Shown here piece by piece: positions 16,981 through 26,189 of a stretch of 57,037 nucleotides of DNA; position 1 is the stretch's first letter; every line of letters begins with the position of its first letter. The notes under the pieces are model-generated. The model made no database searches. It saw only the letters and a program-made list of their open reading frames with translations, and was not told where the DNA came from. The stretch covers positions 1 to 57,037 of the IMG/VR virus record IMGVR_UViG_3300021062_000017. One strand, 5' to 3'. Origin of the DNA: a virus. Its lineage: Duplodnaviria; Caudoviricetes. A program made the translations under genes and the position numbers.

Positions 16981-17597
16981 CCATCGAGCAGCGGACCGCC
17001 GAGTGGTTCGCCGCCAGGGCCGGCCGGATCACGGCCAGCCGGTTCGGCGACGTGATCTCGCGCACGCGCACCGGCCAGCCGACGTCGGAGCGCAAGCGCT
17101 ATCTCGCCGAGCTGGTCTTCGAGCGCACGGCGCAGGCTGCCCGGCACGAGATCAGCAGCCGGTCGCTGACGTGGGGCCAGGAGGTCGAGCCGTTCCAGAA
17201 GGAGGCCTTCGAGCTGGAGACCGGCCTGGTCGTGATGCCCGGCGGCTTCCACGTGCACCCGCGGTACCCGTTCATCGCGGCGAGCCCGGACGGCCTGATC
17301 GGCGCCGATGGCGGCCTGGAAATGAAATCGCCGCACTCGGAGGCGGTGCACGTGCAGACGCTGCTCGAAGGCATGCCGCCGGAGCACATGCCCCAGGTCC
17401 AAGGCGGCATGGCCTGCACCGGCCGGAGCTACTGGTACTTCAGCAGCTACGACCCCCGCCAGGCGCCGCACCTGCGCCTCTACGTCCAGCGCATCCCCCG
17501 GGATGACGCGTACATCGCGCGCTTGATCGCCGAGCTGCAGGCCTTCGAGGCCGAGGTGGCCGATGCCGTCGCGCGCCTGGAAAGGAAAGCAGCATGA
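16977..17597 (+). CDS. YqaJ/lambda-exonuclease family protein
   Basis: EQRTAEWFAARAGRITAS, ASPDGLIG, LEMKSP and QVQGGM motifs. Confidence 0.92.
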   Translation: MTIEQRTAEWFAARAGRITASRFGDVISRTRTGQPTSERKRYLAELVFERTAQAARHEISSRSLTWGQEVEPFQKEAFELETGLVVMPGGFHVHPRYPFIAASPDGLIGADGGLEMKSPHSEAVHVQTLLEGMPPEHMPQVQGGMACTGRSYWYFSSYDPRQAPHLRLYVQRIPRDDAYIARLIAELQAFEAEVADAVARLERKAA

Positions 17598-17809
17598 CCG
17601 CCGCCCTCCGCGACGCCCTGCAGCTGCGCCGCCTCAACGTGATGCGCCAGCGCCGCGCCGAGGCACTGGCCAGGCGCCCGGCCGGCCAGGAGTGCCAGTG
17701 CGCTGCCTGCACGTTCAAGCGCGGCGTTCTCGCGGCCGTCATGGACAGCGTCCGCGCCGACGCCGACCCGGCGGACCTCGCCAACACCGCGCCCGTCCGG
17801 GCGCACTGA
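17594..17809 (+). CDS. Hypothetical protein
   Basis: ATGA overlap and a CQCAAC motif. Confidence 0.5.
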   Translation: MTAALRDALQLRRLNVMRQRRAEALARRPAGQECQCAACTFKRGVLAAVMDSVRADADPADLANTAPVRAH

Positions 17810-17944
17810 TCAACACGGGGCGGCCGCGCGCGCGGTGAAGGCGGCTCTCTACCTCCTGAGCACAACGGACGCCCATAGCCCGGATTGCTTCCGGGCCGCC
17901 CCACCCTCATCCACCGCGGCCCGGCCGCACCACCTGGAGATCCA

Positions 17945-18712
17945 ATGATCCGCTTCGACCTCCCGCCCGGCACCCGGGCCAAGCTCACGAAGGTCACGCC
18001 GCGCAAGGAACAGCACGGCCCTGACCTGAAGCAGGCCGTGTCGCTGCGCCTGCGCCTCGAAGGCCCGGGCGAACTGCTCGACATGCTGGCGCCAGGCCTG
18101 CGCGACGCCTCGCTGCGCGTGCCGCCGCGCGACGACACGCAGGAGATGATCGAAGGCGTGCCGCAGATCCCGACGATGCTGCGCGTGCAGGGTGTTGACC
18201 AGGTGCGCAAGCTGCCGGAGCTGAAGCTAACCGGCTACACGCTGACCATCGACCACGGCATCGACGAATCGTCGGCCCTGGAGCTCTACACCTGCCACAT
18301 CGACAAGGTGACGGCCGAGGCCAAGCAGGGCGGCGGCAGCGTCATCGAGTGGTCGGTCGGCTCGAACCGTGAGATCACGAAGGAACTGGTCGGCGAGCTG
18401 TGCGACCTTGAAGGCACCGAGATCGAGTTCAGCCAGGTCGGGCCGGTGCCGGGTGAAGTCATCGACGGCACCACCGAAGCCTTCGAGCGCGATCACCCGC
18501 TGTTCGACCAGGCTGGCGAAGGCGACGACGGCCCAGGCGATGGCGACGACACCGGCGACGGCTTCGACCAGGACGCGGACAGCGAGTCCGCGGTGGCCGA
18601 AGACGACACGCCACCGGTCACGCGTGGGCGGCGCGGGCGCAAGGCGAAGACCGCCGACGCCACGGACGAGTGGGTGAAGCGCAACCAGGCCGCGGCAGCC
18701 GGGGCGCACTGA
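17945..18712 (+). CDS. Hypothetical protein with acidic C-terminus
   Basis: RBS GGAGA, 255 aa. Confidence 0.7.
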   Translation: MIRFDLPPGTRAKLTKVTPRKEQHGPDLKQAVSLRLRLEGPGELLDMLAPGLRDASLRVPPRDDTQEMIEGVPQIPTMLRVQGVDQVRKLPELKLTGYTLTIDHGIDESSALELYTCHIDKVTAEAKQGGGSVIEWSVGSNREITKELVGELCDLEGTEIEFSQVGPVPGEVIDGTTEAFERDHPLFDQAGEGDDGPGDGDDTGDGFDQDADSESAVAEDDTPPVTRGRRGRKAKTADATDEWVKRNQAAAAGAH

Positions 18713-18713
18713 C

Positions 18714-18944
18714 ATGGGCGCCGCACCTGCTCGCTGCATCAAGCCGCAGTGCCCGCCGGACTGCTCTGGCTGCAACCACGCCATTCCGTCCGATGACGAA
18801 GCGCTGGTGCTGATCGCCGACATGCTCGACCACTTCGCGGTGGACGGGCACGGCGGGACGTTCGAGGACGGCGAGAGCGCGATGACCGATCGGGCGCGGG
18901 CGTTCCTGTGCCGCGCAGCCGGCGCGAAAAGGGCGCAGCGATGA
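18714..18944 (+). CDS. Hypothetical protein
   Basis: Coupled ORF with a Cys-rich N-terminus. Confidence 0.5.
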   Translation: MGAAPARCIKPQCPPDCSGCNHAIPSDDEALVLIADMLDHFAVDGHGGTFEDGESAMTDRARAFLCRAAGAKRAQR

Positions 18945-19141
18945 CCGCCGCCGACCGCGCCATGTGGCGCAATGCCGCTCACTTCTGGCGGCAGCAGGAG
19001 AAGGCGCGGCGCCGCGAGGGCCGGTGGCGTGCGGCAGCGGCTGCGGCCCGTGAGGCTGAGGCGGCCGAGGCGAAGGCGGCCGAGTGCGATCGGCAGATTG
19101 CGGCCGCACTCGATGCGGCAGCCCACTCGACGGCCGACTGA
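18941..19141 (+). CDS. Hypothetical protein
   Basis: ATGA overlap. Confidence 0.5.
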   Translation: MTAADRAMWRNAAHFWRQQEKARRREGRWRAAAAAAREAEAAEAKAAECDRQIAAALDAAAHSTAD

Positions 19142-19162
19142 CGCTCACATCGGGAGCAAGCA

Positions 19163-19798
19163 ATGACCACCGACAAAGCACAGCCAGCACCAGCAGTGCC
19201 GAGCCTCCGTGAAGCGCTGGAGGCGGCCGTGGAGTACATGGCGGCAAATCCACCAGCCAACGGCTACGGAATGCTCGATCGAACCACTGACCGCGAACGG
19301 CTGGAAGTGCTTGAAATGGCCCGCGCCGCCCTCTCCGCATCTCCTCCAGCAGCAGTGCCGGTAGAGCCGGTGGCGTGGCTTCGGCAGTATCCGTGCGCGA
19401 TTCTTGGACGCGACATGACGGACAGCTATTGGTCCAAGAAATCAGCCCGTGCTGATGCCGCAAAGTTCGGTGGTGATGTGTTCCCGGTCTACGCCACCCC
19501 ATCCGCACCACCAGAGGTGGATGCGCTCGATGCTGCGCGCTGGCACCCCCTCACCCCCGAGCTGCTGGCGCAGATCGAGCGCGGCGACTTCCCGCGCCGC
19601 GTCTGGCTGTACTCACCTGGCTTTGACAGCGCCCACCCGTTCACAGGCCAGTACGAATGGCGCCAAGGCCGGCATCCGCACGGCTTCAACATCGACACCG
19701 GAGGCCGCATCGGCGCATCCGACATCACCCACGTCATGCCCTTCAACCCGCCAGCGCAGCCCAGCGCCATCGCCGCATCCAAGAAGGACCAAGCATGA
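19163..19798 (+). CDS. Hypothetical mosaic phage protein
   Basis: EPVAW...PVYATP modules typical of phage accessory early genes. Confidence 0.6.
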   Translation: MTTDKAQPAPAVPSLREALEAAVEYMAANPPANGYGMLDRTTDRERLEVLEMARAALSASPPAAVPVEPVAWLRQYPCAILGRDMTDSYWSKKSARADAAKFGGDVFPVYATPSAPPEVDALDAARWHPLTPELLAQIERGDFPRRVWLYSPGFDSAHPFTGQYEWRQGRHPHGFNIDTGGRIGASDITHVMPFNPPAQPSAIAASKKDQA

Positions 19799-19983
19799 CC
19801 GACAGCATCCCCACAGGAGTGGCAGCCGGCACGTACTGCTGCGGCGATCGACTTCTCCCCTGCAAGAGTTGCGGCGCTGACGCATGGCAGTCGCTCGGCG
19901 ATACCGATTGCGGCGACTGGGAAGAAGAGTCTTTCAAGTGCACGAACTGCGGAAAGGTGATCCATGTCGAACTCCCGGACTGA
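19795..19983 (+). CDS. Small zinc-ribbon protein
   Basis: CKSCG...CTNCG and an ATGA overlap. Confidence 0.55.
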   Translation: MTDSIPTGVAAGTYCCGDRLLPCKSCGADAWQSLGDTDCGDWEEESFKCTNCGKVIHVELPD

Positions 19984-20686
19984 ACCCACAGGAGCGGCAG
20001 TAGAGCCGACCGACCAAGACACGCGGCCGAAGGTGCCGGCGCATATCGTCGGGGCGATCCAGTTCTACGGTGACGCCCGCGCTGATGAGGGCGACAGCGG
20101 CGCCGCGCTGCGAACCGTGCTCGGCGATCTTCGCAATTGGGCCGCCGCTCTCGCCCCTCCTGCTGCTACAGCAGTGCCGGCACCGCTGACCGACGAGCAG
20201 ATCGGCGAGATTCAGCAGCGGCTTTCGCGGACCCGGTACGGCTGCACCTACAGGTCGCTCGCCCGCGCAATCGAAGCTGCACACGGCATTGGCGCATCCC
20301 CCGCAGCATCAACCGCAGCCCAAGACCTGGGCGAGGTGCTACGCGATCCGCTCCTCGATCCAGTGCGTCCCGGCCCCGAAAGTCTCGTTGCCAGCGTCCA
20401 TGACGATGGCAAGGATGCGGCGGTTCTCGGTGGTGTCAGGATGCCAAAGGCCAGCACCGGCGGTGCCGCCGGGAACCCCGCAGGACCAGTCGGATATGCG
20501 CCAGCGGCAGAGCCGCCGACAACACCCTACCCGGCACCACCTACGCCGCCGGCCGACTGGGACACTTGGGCACTCAATGCCGCCAAGGGCGTCGCGCTGG
20601 GCGACTTGGGGCTGCCGCTCTCTCAGCGGGTTGCGCGCATCCAAGTGGCGCTGATCGATGCCATGCGGTACGCAGCCGGCAAATGA
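19964..20686 (+). CDS. Hypothetical mosaic protein
   Basis: PLTDEQI...ARAIEAAHGI module. Confidence 0.55.
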   Translation: MSNSRTEPTGAAVEPTDQDTRPKVPAHIVGAIQFYGDARADEGDSGAALRTVLGDLRNWAAALAPPAATAVPAPLTDEQIGEIQQRLSRTRYGCTYRSLARAIEAAHGIGASPAASTAAQDLGEVLRDPLLDPVRPGPESLVASVHDDGKDAAVLGGVRMPKASTGGAAGNPAGPVGYAPAAEPPTTPYPAPPTPPADWDTWALNAAKGVALGDLGLPLSQRVARIQVALIDAMRYAAGK

Positions 20687-20889
20687 GAGCCAGATACACC
20701 CAGCGCCACGACGGCGAAGGCTTCACCGTCCCGAGCGGCGAGCTGTACCGCATCGCCTGCTGTGACTGCGGCCTCGTTCATGACTTCGTGTTCGTGAGCG
20801 AGGACGGCAAGCCGATTGGGGTTGCGGCAAGGCGGAACAACAGGGCGACTGCGCAACGGCGCCGGTCGAAACGGAAGGAAACAGCATGA
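20683..20889 (+). CDS. Small protein with CCDCGLVH motif
   Basis: ATGA overlap. The motif is common in phage small proteins. Confidence 0.6.
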   Translation: MRARYTQRHDGEGFTVPSGELYRIACCDCGLVHDFVFVSEDGKPIGVAARRNNRATAQRRRSKRKETA

Positions 20890-22595
20890 ACACCGAAGGA
20901 CGCGCGAGGGATGGAAGCCGACAGGCCGAGACGCTTGCGGCTCGGGGCGAAGCCCGACAGCCCGGTGGCGAAGCCACGCGCCCAGAATCACCCGCCGGGG
21001 CACAGGAGGGGGTGCCGGCTGAGGTGCTGGATGCGCTTCGGGCCGCGCAGCCGGTGCTGGACGCCGTCTATCTCGCATTGAAGTCGGCGGACGGCATCCC
21101 GGCGTGGAGTTCCGGCACCCCAGTGTGGAGCCTCATCAACGCACGAAGCCTCGTGAATGCCGTCCTCGCCACCCACCCCACATCAGCACAGGAGGCGCCC
21201 GGCGCGGCGCGGCGGATCGCTGGCGCGGAGCCCGTCACCATGCCGGCCTACTGGCAGGTGCAGGTGATTGCGGACGGCGAGACGCTGCTTTCCATCGGCC
21301 ACGACTGGGTTTCGGGCGAGCGACCGCTTGAGCAGGCCGACGAGCGCACGATTCTCGGCGCAGCGCAGCACCTGCTGGCATTCATTGGGCACGGCCTGCC
21401 GGCGGGCAACTTCGATCCCGACGATGAAGCCGCGCCAGCACCCCAGGAGGCACCACAGGCCGAGACGCCGGCAGCGTGGCAGAGCCGGGTGAACCTGGGC
21501 GGCCGATGGACCGAATGGAAGGAGTGCGCACCGCTGGCCGACGATGAACCGCGCGAGCTTGTCAGCGACGGTCGCGTGGCCTATCAATTCCGCCCGCTGT
21601 ACGCCACCCCACAGGCTCCACAGGAGAGCGCAGGCCGGCACCTCCTTCCGGTCCAGCTTCCAGACGGCCGCATCGTCAAGATGCGCAAGTGCGATCTGAT
21701 CGGCACTGACCAGATGGCGTTCTGTGACTTCGATGCCCTGCCGCCGCAGAGGCCACAGGAGAGCGCAGGGGTAGTGCCGCTGACCGATGAGCAGCGACAG
21801 ACGCTGTTCAGGGTTCTGCGCGAGGCAGTGGAAATCGGCTGGATTCCTGCTGCCGAATACAGCGAATTGCGCGCCGCCCTCGCCGCTACTCGCGCAGAGC
21901 CGGCCGGATGGGATGTCCCGCACCTCCCTGGGACCACGGGTGATTCGCTGGAAGACGGCATGGCCGCACTGGCTCGCGCAGAGCCCGAGTTCACCGATAC
22001 CGCCCGGGCAGCGCTTCTGTGGGTTCTGTGGCACCACCAGGGCGGCAGCAGCAAGGTCGGCCAGCCGATCCGCTTCGCCCTGGGCATGGGTGCACACGAT
22101 CACCTGACCGAAGACCAGGTGGCCGAGGCAAAGCGGTGGGGCGAGCTTCAGGCTCGCGCAGAGCCCGCAGGCGGGCGAGATGAGCGCCGAGACTTCGAGG
22201 CGTGGGCCAGCGCTCGCCACCTCATTGGGCGCACCGGCTATTCGCCGTCAGGGAAGCTCGCGTGGGAAGTCTGGCAAGCCGCTCGCGCCACCCCTCCAGC
22301 ACCTGCACCTGAGCCGGCGCGGCTCCCGGAGCTTGGCGACGTGGTGGTCTTCGCCATCGACACCAGCAAGATCAATCACCTGATGCTGGCCGGGATGAAG
22401 GAATGTCTCGCCGCCGCGAAACGAGCCCGGTGGACCAACGTTGTGACCAGGAGGGATGGCGTCGAGCGGACCTGGGAGGCCGACTGGCTCAAGCACCTGC
22501 AGCGCGTGTCTCTCGAAGCGCTTCGGGAAGCGGCTGAGGCCGAAGTTCGACGCCTCGCCGCTGCCGCCCATCCCGCACCTGGTGGAGGACTATGA
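20886..22595 (+). CDS. Large mosaic hypothetical protein
   Basis: 569 aa with repeated linkers (PQESAG, RAEPAG). Confidence 0.6.
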   Translation: MNTEGRARDGSRQAETLAARGEARQPGGEATRPESPAGAQEGVPAEVLDALRAAQPVLDAVYLALKSADGIPAWSSGTPVWSLINARSLVNAVLATHPTSAQEAPGAARRIAGAEPVTMPAYWQVQVIADGETLLSIGHDWVSGERPLEQADERTILGAAQHLLAFIGHGLPAGNFDPDDEAAPAPQEAPQAETPAAWQSRVNLGGRWTEWKECAPLADDEPRELVSDGRVAYQFRPLYATPQAPQESAGRHLLPVQLPDGRIVKMRKCDLIGTDQMAFCDFDALPPQRPQESAGVVPLTDEQRQTLFRVLREAVEIGWIPAAEYSELRAALAATRAEPAGWDVPHLPGTTGDSLEDGMAALARAEPEFTDTARAALLWVLWHHQGGSSKVGQPIRFALGMGAHDHLTEDQVAEAKRWGELQARAEPAGGRDERRDFEAWASARHLIGRTGYSPSGKLAWEVWQAARATPPAPAPEPARLPELGDVVVFAIDTSKINHLMLAGMKECLAAAKRARWTNVVTRRDGVERTWEADWLKHLQRVSLEALREAAEAEVRRLAAAAHPAPGGGL

Positions 22596-22687
22596 CGCGA
22601 GCCGATTTTCTGAGACAGCAGGCCATGGCGCGGCAGGAAATACAGGCCATCGCCAAGCCACGCGTCCGCGCGCGTGCAGCAGGCCTG

Positions 22688-22900
22688 CTATTCCTCTGGC
22701 ATGCCCCGCAGCTGCTCAATGTCGGCCAACACGTGCACCGTCTCGGCCTCATCACACGTCACATTGCCGCCGACGAAGATGGGCAGCGTTTCATCCTTCA
22801 ACACCTTCCCGTTCAGAGCAATCGTGTAGTGGTTTCCCTCGATCGTGATGTCGTACGTGCGGCGCTTCCCGGCCGACCGGGTGTGCTGGAACTGCTTCAT
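22688..22900 (-). CDS. Small hypothetical protein inserted antisense (moron-like)
   Basis: 70 aa, globular composition, locally lower GC. Confidence 0.5.
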   Translation of the reverse strand: MKQFQHTRSAGKRRTYDITIEGNHYTIALNGKVLKDETLPIFVGGNVTCDEAETVHVLADIEQLRGMPEE

Positions 22901-23058
22901 CGGGCACCTTCGAAGTGGCCCTCCAGTATGCGGGTGGAGCGTGATGACGGCGACGTAAAGGCGGCGATGTTGGTTGCCGGCTTGGGCGGGCTCACTCTCG
23001 GCATCAACATGGCGATCGGAGCGTGGCCCCCACTGGCCACTCGGCGCAGGGGGTCGCG

Positions 23059-23640
23059 ATGATGGCCGAACCCCTGTTCCTCGACGACGACGCTCTGCGA
23101 AAGCTCACCGGCTTCGCCCACAAGGGCAAGCAGGTCGCGCAGCTGCGCAAGATGGGCATCCCGTTCTGGGTCAACGGCCGCGGCCAGGCCGTGGTGGCCT
23201 CGAGCGCTGTCGTGCAGTGGCAGGCCAAGAAGGATGCGCACCGGGGAGCCGTCGAGGCGGAGGCATCAAGACTCATCGCAGCGCACGAGCGGTTCGCGGC
23301 GCACGAGGCCGCCAAGCGTGAGCGCGCCGCCCAGCGGCAGACTGAGCGCGCGCAACGGCGCGCCGAGACTCGGCCCGCGCTGGTTCGGCACCACACGGCG
23401 AAGCGCCGAGCCGCGAAGCTGCGCCGCACCCCGCCTTGGGCCGACATGGCCGCGATCGAGGCCTTCTATGCCGAGGCGCGCCGCCTCACCGTCGAGACCG
23501 GCGTCCCGCATCACGTCGACCATGACATCCCGCTGCAGAGCGAGCTCGTTTCCGGCTTGCACGTCCACAACAACCTGCAGATCCTGACCGGCAGCCAGAA
23601 CAGTCGGAAGAAGAACCGATTCGAGGTGTGCGATGGCTGA
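23059..23640 (+). CDS. DUF4224-like N-terminus fused to HNH endonuclease
   Basis: FLDDDALRKLTG...QLRKMGIPFWVNGRG, then TPPWAD...HVDHDIPL...SGLHVHNNLQILTGSQNSRKKN. Confidence 0.75.
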   Translation: MMAEPLFLDDDALRKLTGFAHKGKQVAQLRKMGIPFWVNGRGQAVVASSAVVQWQAKKDAHRGAVEAEASRLIAAHERFAAHEAAKRERAAQRQTERAQRRAETRPALVRHHTAKRRAAKLRRTPPWADMAAIEAFYAEARRLTVETGVPHHVDHDIPLQSELVSGLHVHNNLQILTGSQNSRKKNRFEVCDG

Positions 23641-24061
23641 GCGTCCACAACCGCGCCTCATCCGACACCGCGACGCGCCGGGCTACCTCGGCATGGACCG
23701 CAACCGTTTCGACGCCGAGGTGCGCCCCGGCTTGACCGAGATCCCGCTGGGCGAACGCGCTCTGGCCTTCGACCGCCTGGAACTGGACGCCTGGGCCGAG
23801 GCGTACATTGCCGCCCGTGGGCGCCCTGGTCGCACGAAGAAAGGAGGCATGGAAACATGCGAACCAGGACGAAAGGAATCCAGCTCACCGACGACGGCGA
23901 GCGGATCGTCGACAAGCTCTACCGCGGACAGCGGCTCTTTGAACGCCTCGGGCGAGTCTCCCAAGACGAGGCCGAAGCGTGGGTCCGCAAGCAGCAAGCC
24001 ATCATCGACACCCAGCGGCAGCAAGGCCTTCAACAAGGCGATGACCAGCTGTTTCGGGTAG
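23633..24061 (+). CDS. Excisionase-like protein
   Basis: PRLIRHRDAPGYLGMDRNRFDAEVRP...FDRLELDAWA. The C-terminus overlaps int out of frame. Confidence 0.7.
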   Translation: MAERPQPRLIRHRDAPGYLGMDRNRFDAEVRPGLTEIPLGERALAFDRLELDAWAEAYIAARGRPGRTKKGGMETCEPGRKESSSPTTASGSSTSSTADSGSLNASGESPKTRPKRGSASSKPSSTPSGSKAFNKAMTSCFG

Positions 24062-25011
24062 CGGCCGGGAAGTACCTGCTGGAACTGCAGCAGGCGACCG
24101 ACGTGCGCACCCTGGACACCATCAGCGGCCACGTGGCGCTGTTGAACGGCTGGGTCGGGCATCTGCCGCTGCGGCAGGTCTGCAACGACAGCTTCGCCAA
24201 GTTCAGGGCCGACCGGCTCGCGGGGCGCGATGCCAGCGGCAAGCCCGCGCGCAAGGTGAAGCCGGCGACGGTGAACCGGGCGCTCGAGGTGGCCCGCACG
24301 GTGATGAACCGGGCGGCGCGGGTCTGGCGGACCGATGACGGCAAGCCCTGGCTGGGCGCGCCGCCGCTGATCGAGATGCTGGATGAGCAGGCGACGAAAC
24401 GACCGCCGCGGCCGCTGAGCTGGGCCGAGCAGGCCGCGCTATTGAAGGCGCTGCCGGACCACCTTGGGAGCATGGTGCTGTTCGCCGTGAACACCGGTGC
24501 GCGCGACGAGAACGTGTGCGGGCTGCGGTGGGACTGGGAAGTGCCGGTGCCGGAGGTGGGCCGCAGTGTCTTCGTGGTGCCGGCGAAGGCGTTCAAGAGC
24601 AAGCGGGACCATGTGCTGATCCTGAACGATGTCGCCTGGCGCATCGTCGAGGCTCAGCGCGGCAGGCACGCCGAACACGTCTTCGTGTACCGACGCGAGC
24701 GGGTGAAGCACATCGAGAAGGAACCGGCGATGAAGTACCGCCGCATCGTCACGATGAACAACACCGGCTTCCAGGCGGCGCGCGAGGCGGCGGGCCTGCA
24801 GGTGCGTGTGCACGACCTCAGGCACACGTTCGCACAACGGCTCAGGGACGCAGGTGTTTCGGCAGAGGATCGTTCGCTGCTGATGGGGCATGCCGTCGAA
24901 GGCATGGCCCAGCACTACGCCTCGGCCACCGTCGCGCGGCTGATCGAGGTGGCGAACAAGGTGCAGGAGACGCGCGACCGGACCACGCTGCTGCGGGTGG
25001 TCAACGGATGA
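23857..25011 (+). CDS. int: Tyrosine recombinase (integrase)
   Basis: TGAR, HDLRHTF, LMGH and HY catalytic motifs. Confidence 0.93.
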   Translation: MRTRTKGIQLTDDGERIVDKLYRGQRLFERLGRVSQDEAEAWVRKQQAIIDTQRQQGLQQGDDQLFRVAAGKYLLELQQATDVRTLDTISGHVALLNGWVGHLPLRQVCNDSFAKFRADRLAGRDASGKPARKVKPATVNRALEVARTVMNRAARVWRTDDGKPWLGAPPLIEMLDEQATKRPPRPLSWAEQAALLKALPDHLGSMVLFAVNTGARDENVCGLRWDWEVPVPEVGRSVFVVPAKAFKSKRDHVLILNDVAWRIVEAQRGRHAEHVFVYRRERVKHIEKEPAMKYRRIVTMNNTGFQAAREAAGLQVRVHDLRHTFAQRLRDAGVSAEDRSLLMGHAVEGMAQHYASATVARLIEVANKVQETRDRTTLLRVVNG

Positions 25012-25025
25012 AGCCCGGCGGGAAA

Positions 25026-25253
25026 GTCACGCTGCGGGTCACGCAGAAAGAGAAACGGGCTACGTGCTCTGAACACGTAACCCGTTGATCCGTTTCTTGT
25101 TTTTCTGGCGCGGCTGGCAGGATTCGAACCCACGACCCCTTGGTTCGTAGGCTGACGATCCTCCAGCAAATCAACAACTTAGGTCCGGGGCGCCCACCGT
25201 TTCGGCCATCGTAGCGCCTGGGAGCGTGAGCAGGACTCACGCAGAAGTCACGC
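25026..25253. repeat. Putative integrase arm-binding sites (TCACGC repeats) flanking the attP core
   Basis: Two TCACGC copies at about 25026-25042 and two at about 25236-25253. Confidence 0.55.
25106..25150 (-). mobile_element. attP core = 3' half of tRNA-Arg(ACG)
   Basis: CTACGAACCAAGGGGTCGTGGGTTCGAATCCTGCCAGCCGCGCCA runs from the anticodon loop to CCA with no 5' half. Directly downstream of int. Confidence 0.88.
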
Positions 25254-25592
25254 ACCCGGTTCCGGTAGAGAGATGGGTACGACGAACTTCAAGCGGCTTA
25301 CCGACTGATCGGTGTCCTTGATGCCGCCGCCACCGCCGATCTTCACCACCTTCAGGAACTCGATGCTCCCTTCGGCGTGGCCAGTCCCCTCCGAGGTGAC
25401 AGTAACGGCGACGTCGAACTGCACGTCCCGGATCAGCTGTCCGTTCACCGAGGTCATCAGCTTGTGCTCGCGCGCGGAGTGCGCGCCGCCGCTCTGCGAA
25501 GGGTTGACGAGATCCCCGTGCTTCCCCTGTGCGTCCTTGACGCCCTCGATGATGGAGATAAGGCTGTTGGAAATGAAGGTCTTGAGATCCAT
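25248..25592 (-). CDS. Trypco2-like domain protein
   Basis: MDLKTFISNSLISIIEGVKDAQ...VQFDVAVTV...SRLKFVVPI. Confidence 0.65.
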   Translation of the reverse strand: MDLKTFISNSLISIIEGVKDAQGKHGDLVNPSQSGGAHSAREHKLMTSVNGQLIRDVQFDVAVTVTSEGTGHAEGSIEFLKVVKIGGGGGIKDTDQSVSRLKFVVPISLPEPGA

Positions 25593-25720
25593 GGCCGGCG
25601 ATCCTACCCGCCGGAACCGCCCGGCCGGCCCTCCCGGCCGCTTGGCCTCCGCTCCCCACCCGGCCCACGTGGGCGGCCCAGGCGGGATCGGGCGGCGGCC
25701 TCGCGGCGTATCCTCGGCCA

Positions 25721-25921
25721 ATGGACCGCACCGAGTGGATCCTCCGATTCGTCGAAGAGTTGCAGCGCCTTCGGTCCCATCTGAAGCCCAAGTACGGAAG
25801 CTCGCGCATCGCGCATGCCCACGCAACCCAGGCCTATGCGACCGGGGAGCCAGACCCCGAGAAGGCCGCGCGAGCGGTGCACGCGCGCATGGGCACACCA
25901 CCTGCCAAGCGGGAGCCATGA
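25721..25921 (+). CDS. Hypothetical protein
   Basis: 66 aa, coupled to the next ORF. Confidence 0.45.
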   Translation: MDRTEWILRFVEELQRLRSHLKPKYGSSRIAHAHATQAYATGEPDPEKAARAVHARMGTPPAKREP

Positions 25922-26163
25922 CGTGCCCCCTCTGCCGCCGATCGAAGGAGCCCGGCTGGCTCTGCGCGGATCACCCTGGCCTGCCCTGGGAGCACGACGG
26001 CTGCGGCGCCGAGGGCGCGCCCTGCGCATGCAACCCCAGCGGCCTGGTGCGCTGGCGCGAGGTCTACGCCGACGCCGGCACTGGCGCGCGTGAGACGACC
26101 GAGGCGATCCACCGCATGCTGGCCTCCGCACCACGGCGGCCGATGCGCCGGCTCAGCCGGTGA
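25918..26163 (+). CDS. Small Cys-rich protein
   Basis: CPLC...GWLCADHP...CGAEGAPCACNP. Confidence 0.5.
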   Translation: MTCPLCRRSKEPGWLCADHPGLPWEHDGCGAEGAPCACNPSGLVRWREVYADAGTGARETTEAIHRMLASAPRRPMRRLSR

Positions 26164-26189
26164 GCGACTTGGCCTGATACCGTGGTGCG

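Noticed and set aside
20082-20110. Second CTGATGA hammerhead-like core
   Set aside because: Lies within a CDS and lacks a properly placed stem II, GAAA and stem III.
22592-23062. 156-aa plus-strand ORF
   Set aside because: It has coupled ends, but most of it overlaps a more protein-like antisense ORF (22688-22900). Left uncalled, possibly a disrupted gene.
25106-25150. Functional tRNA-Arg gene
   Set aside because: Only the 3' half is present, next to int, so it is the attP core.
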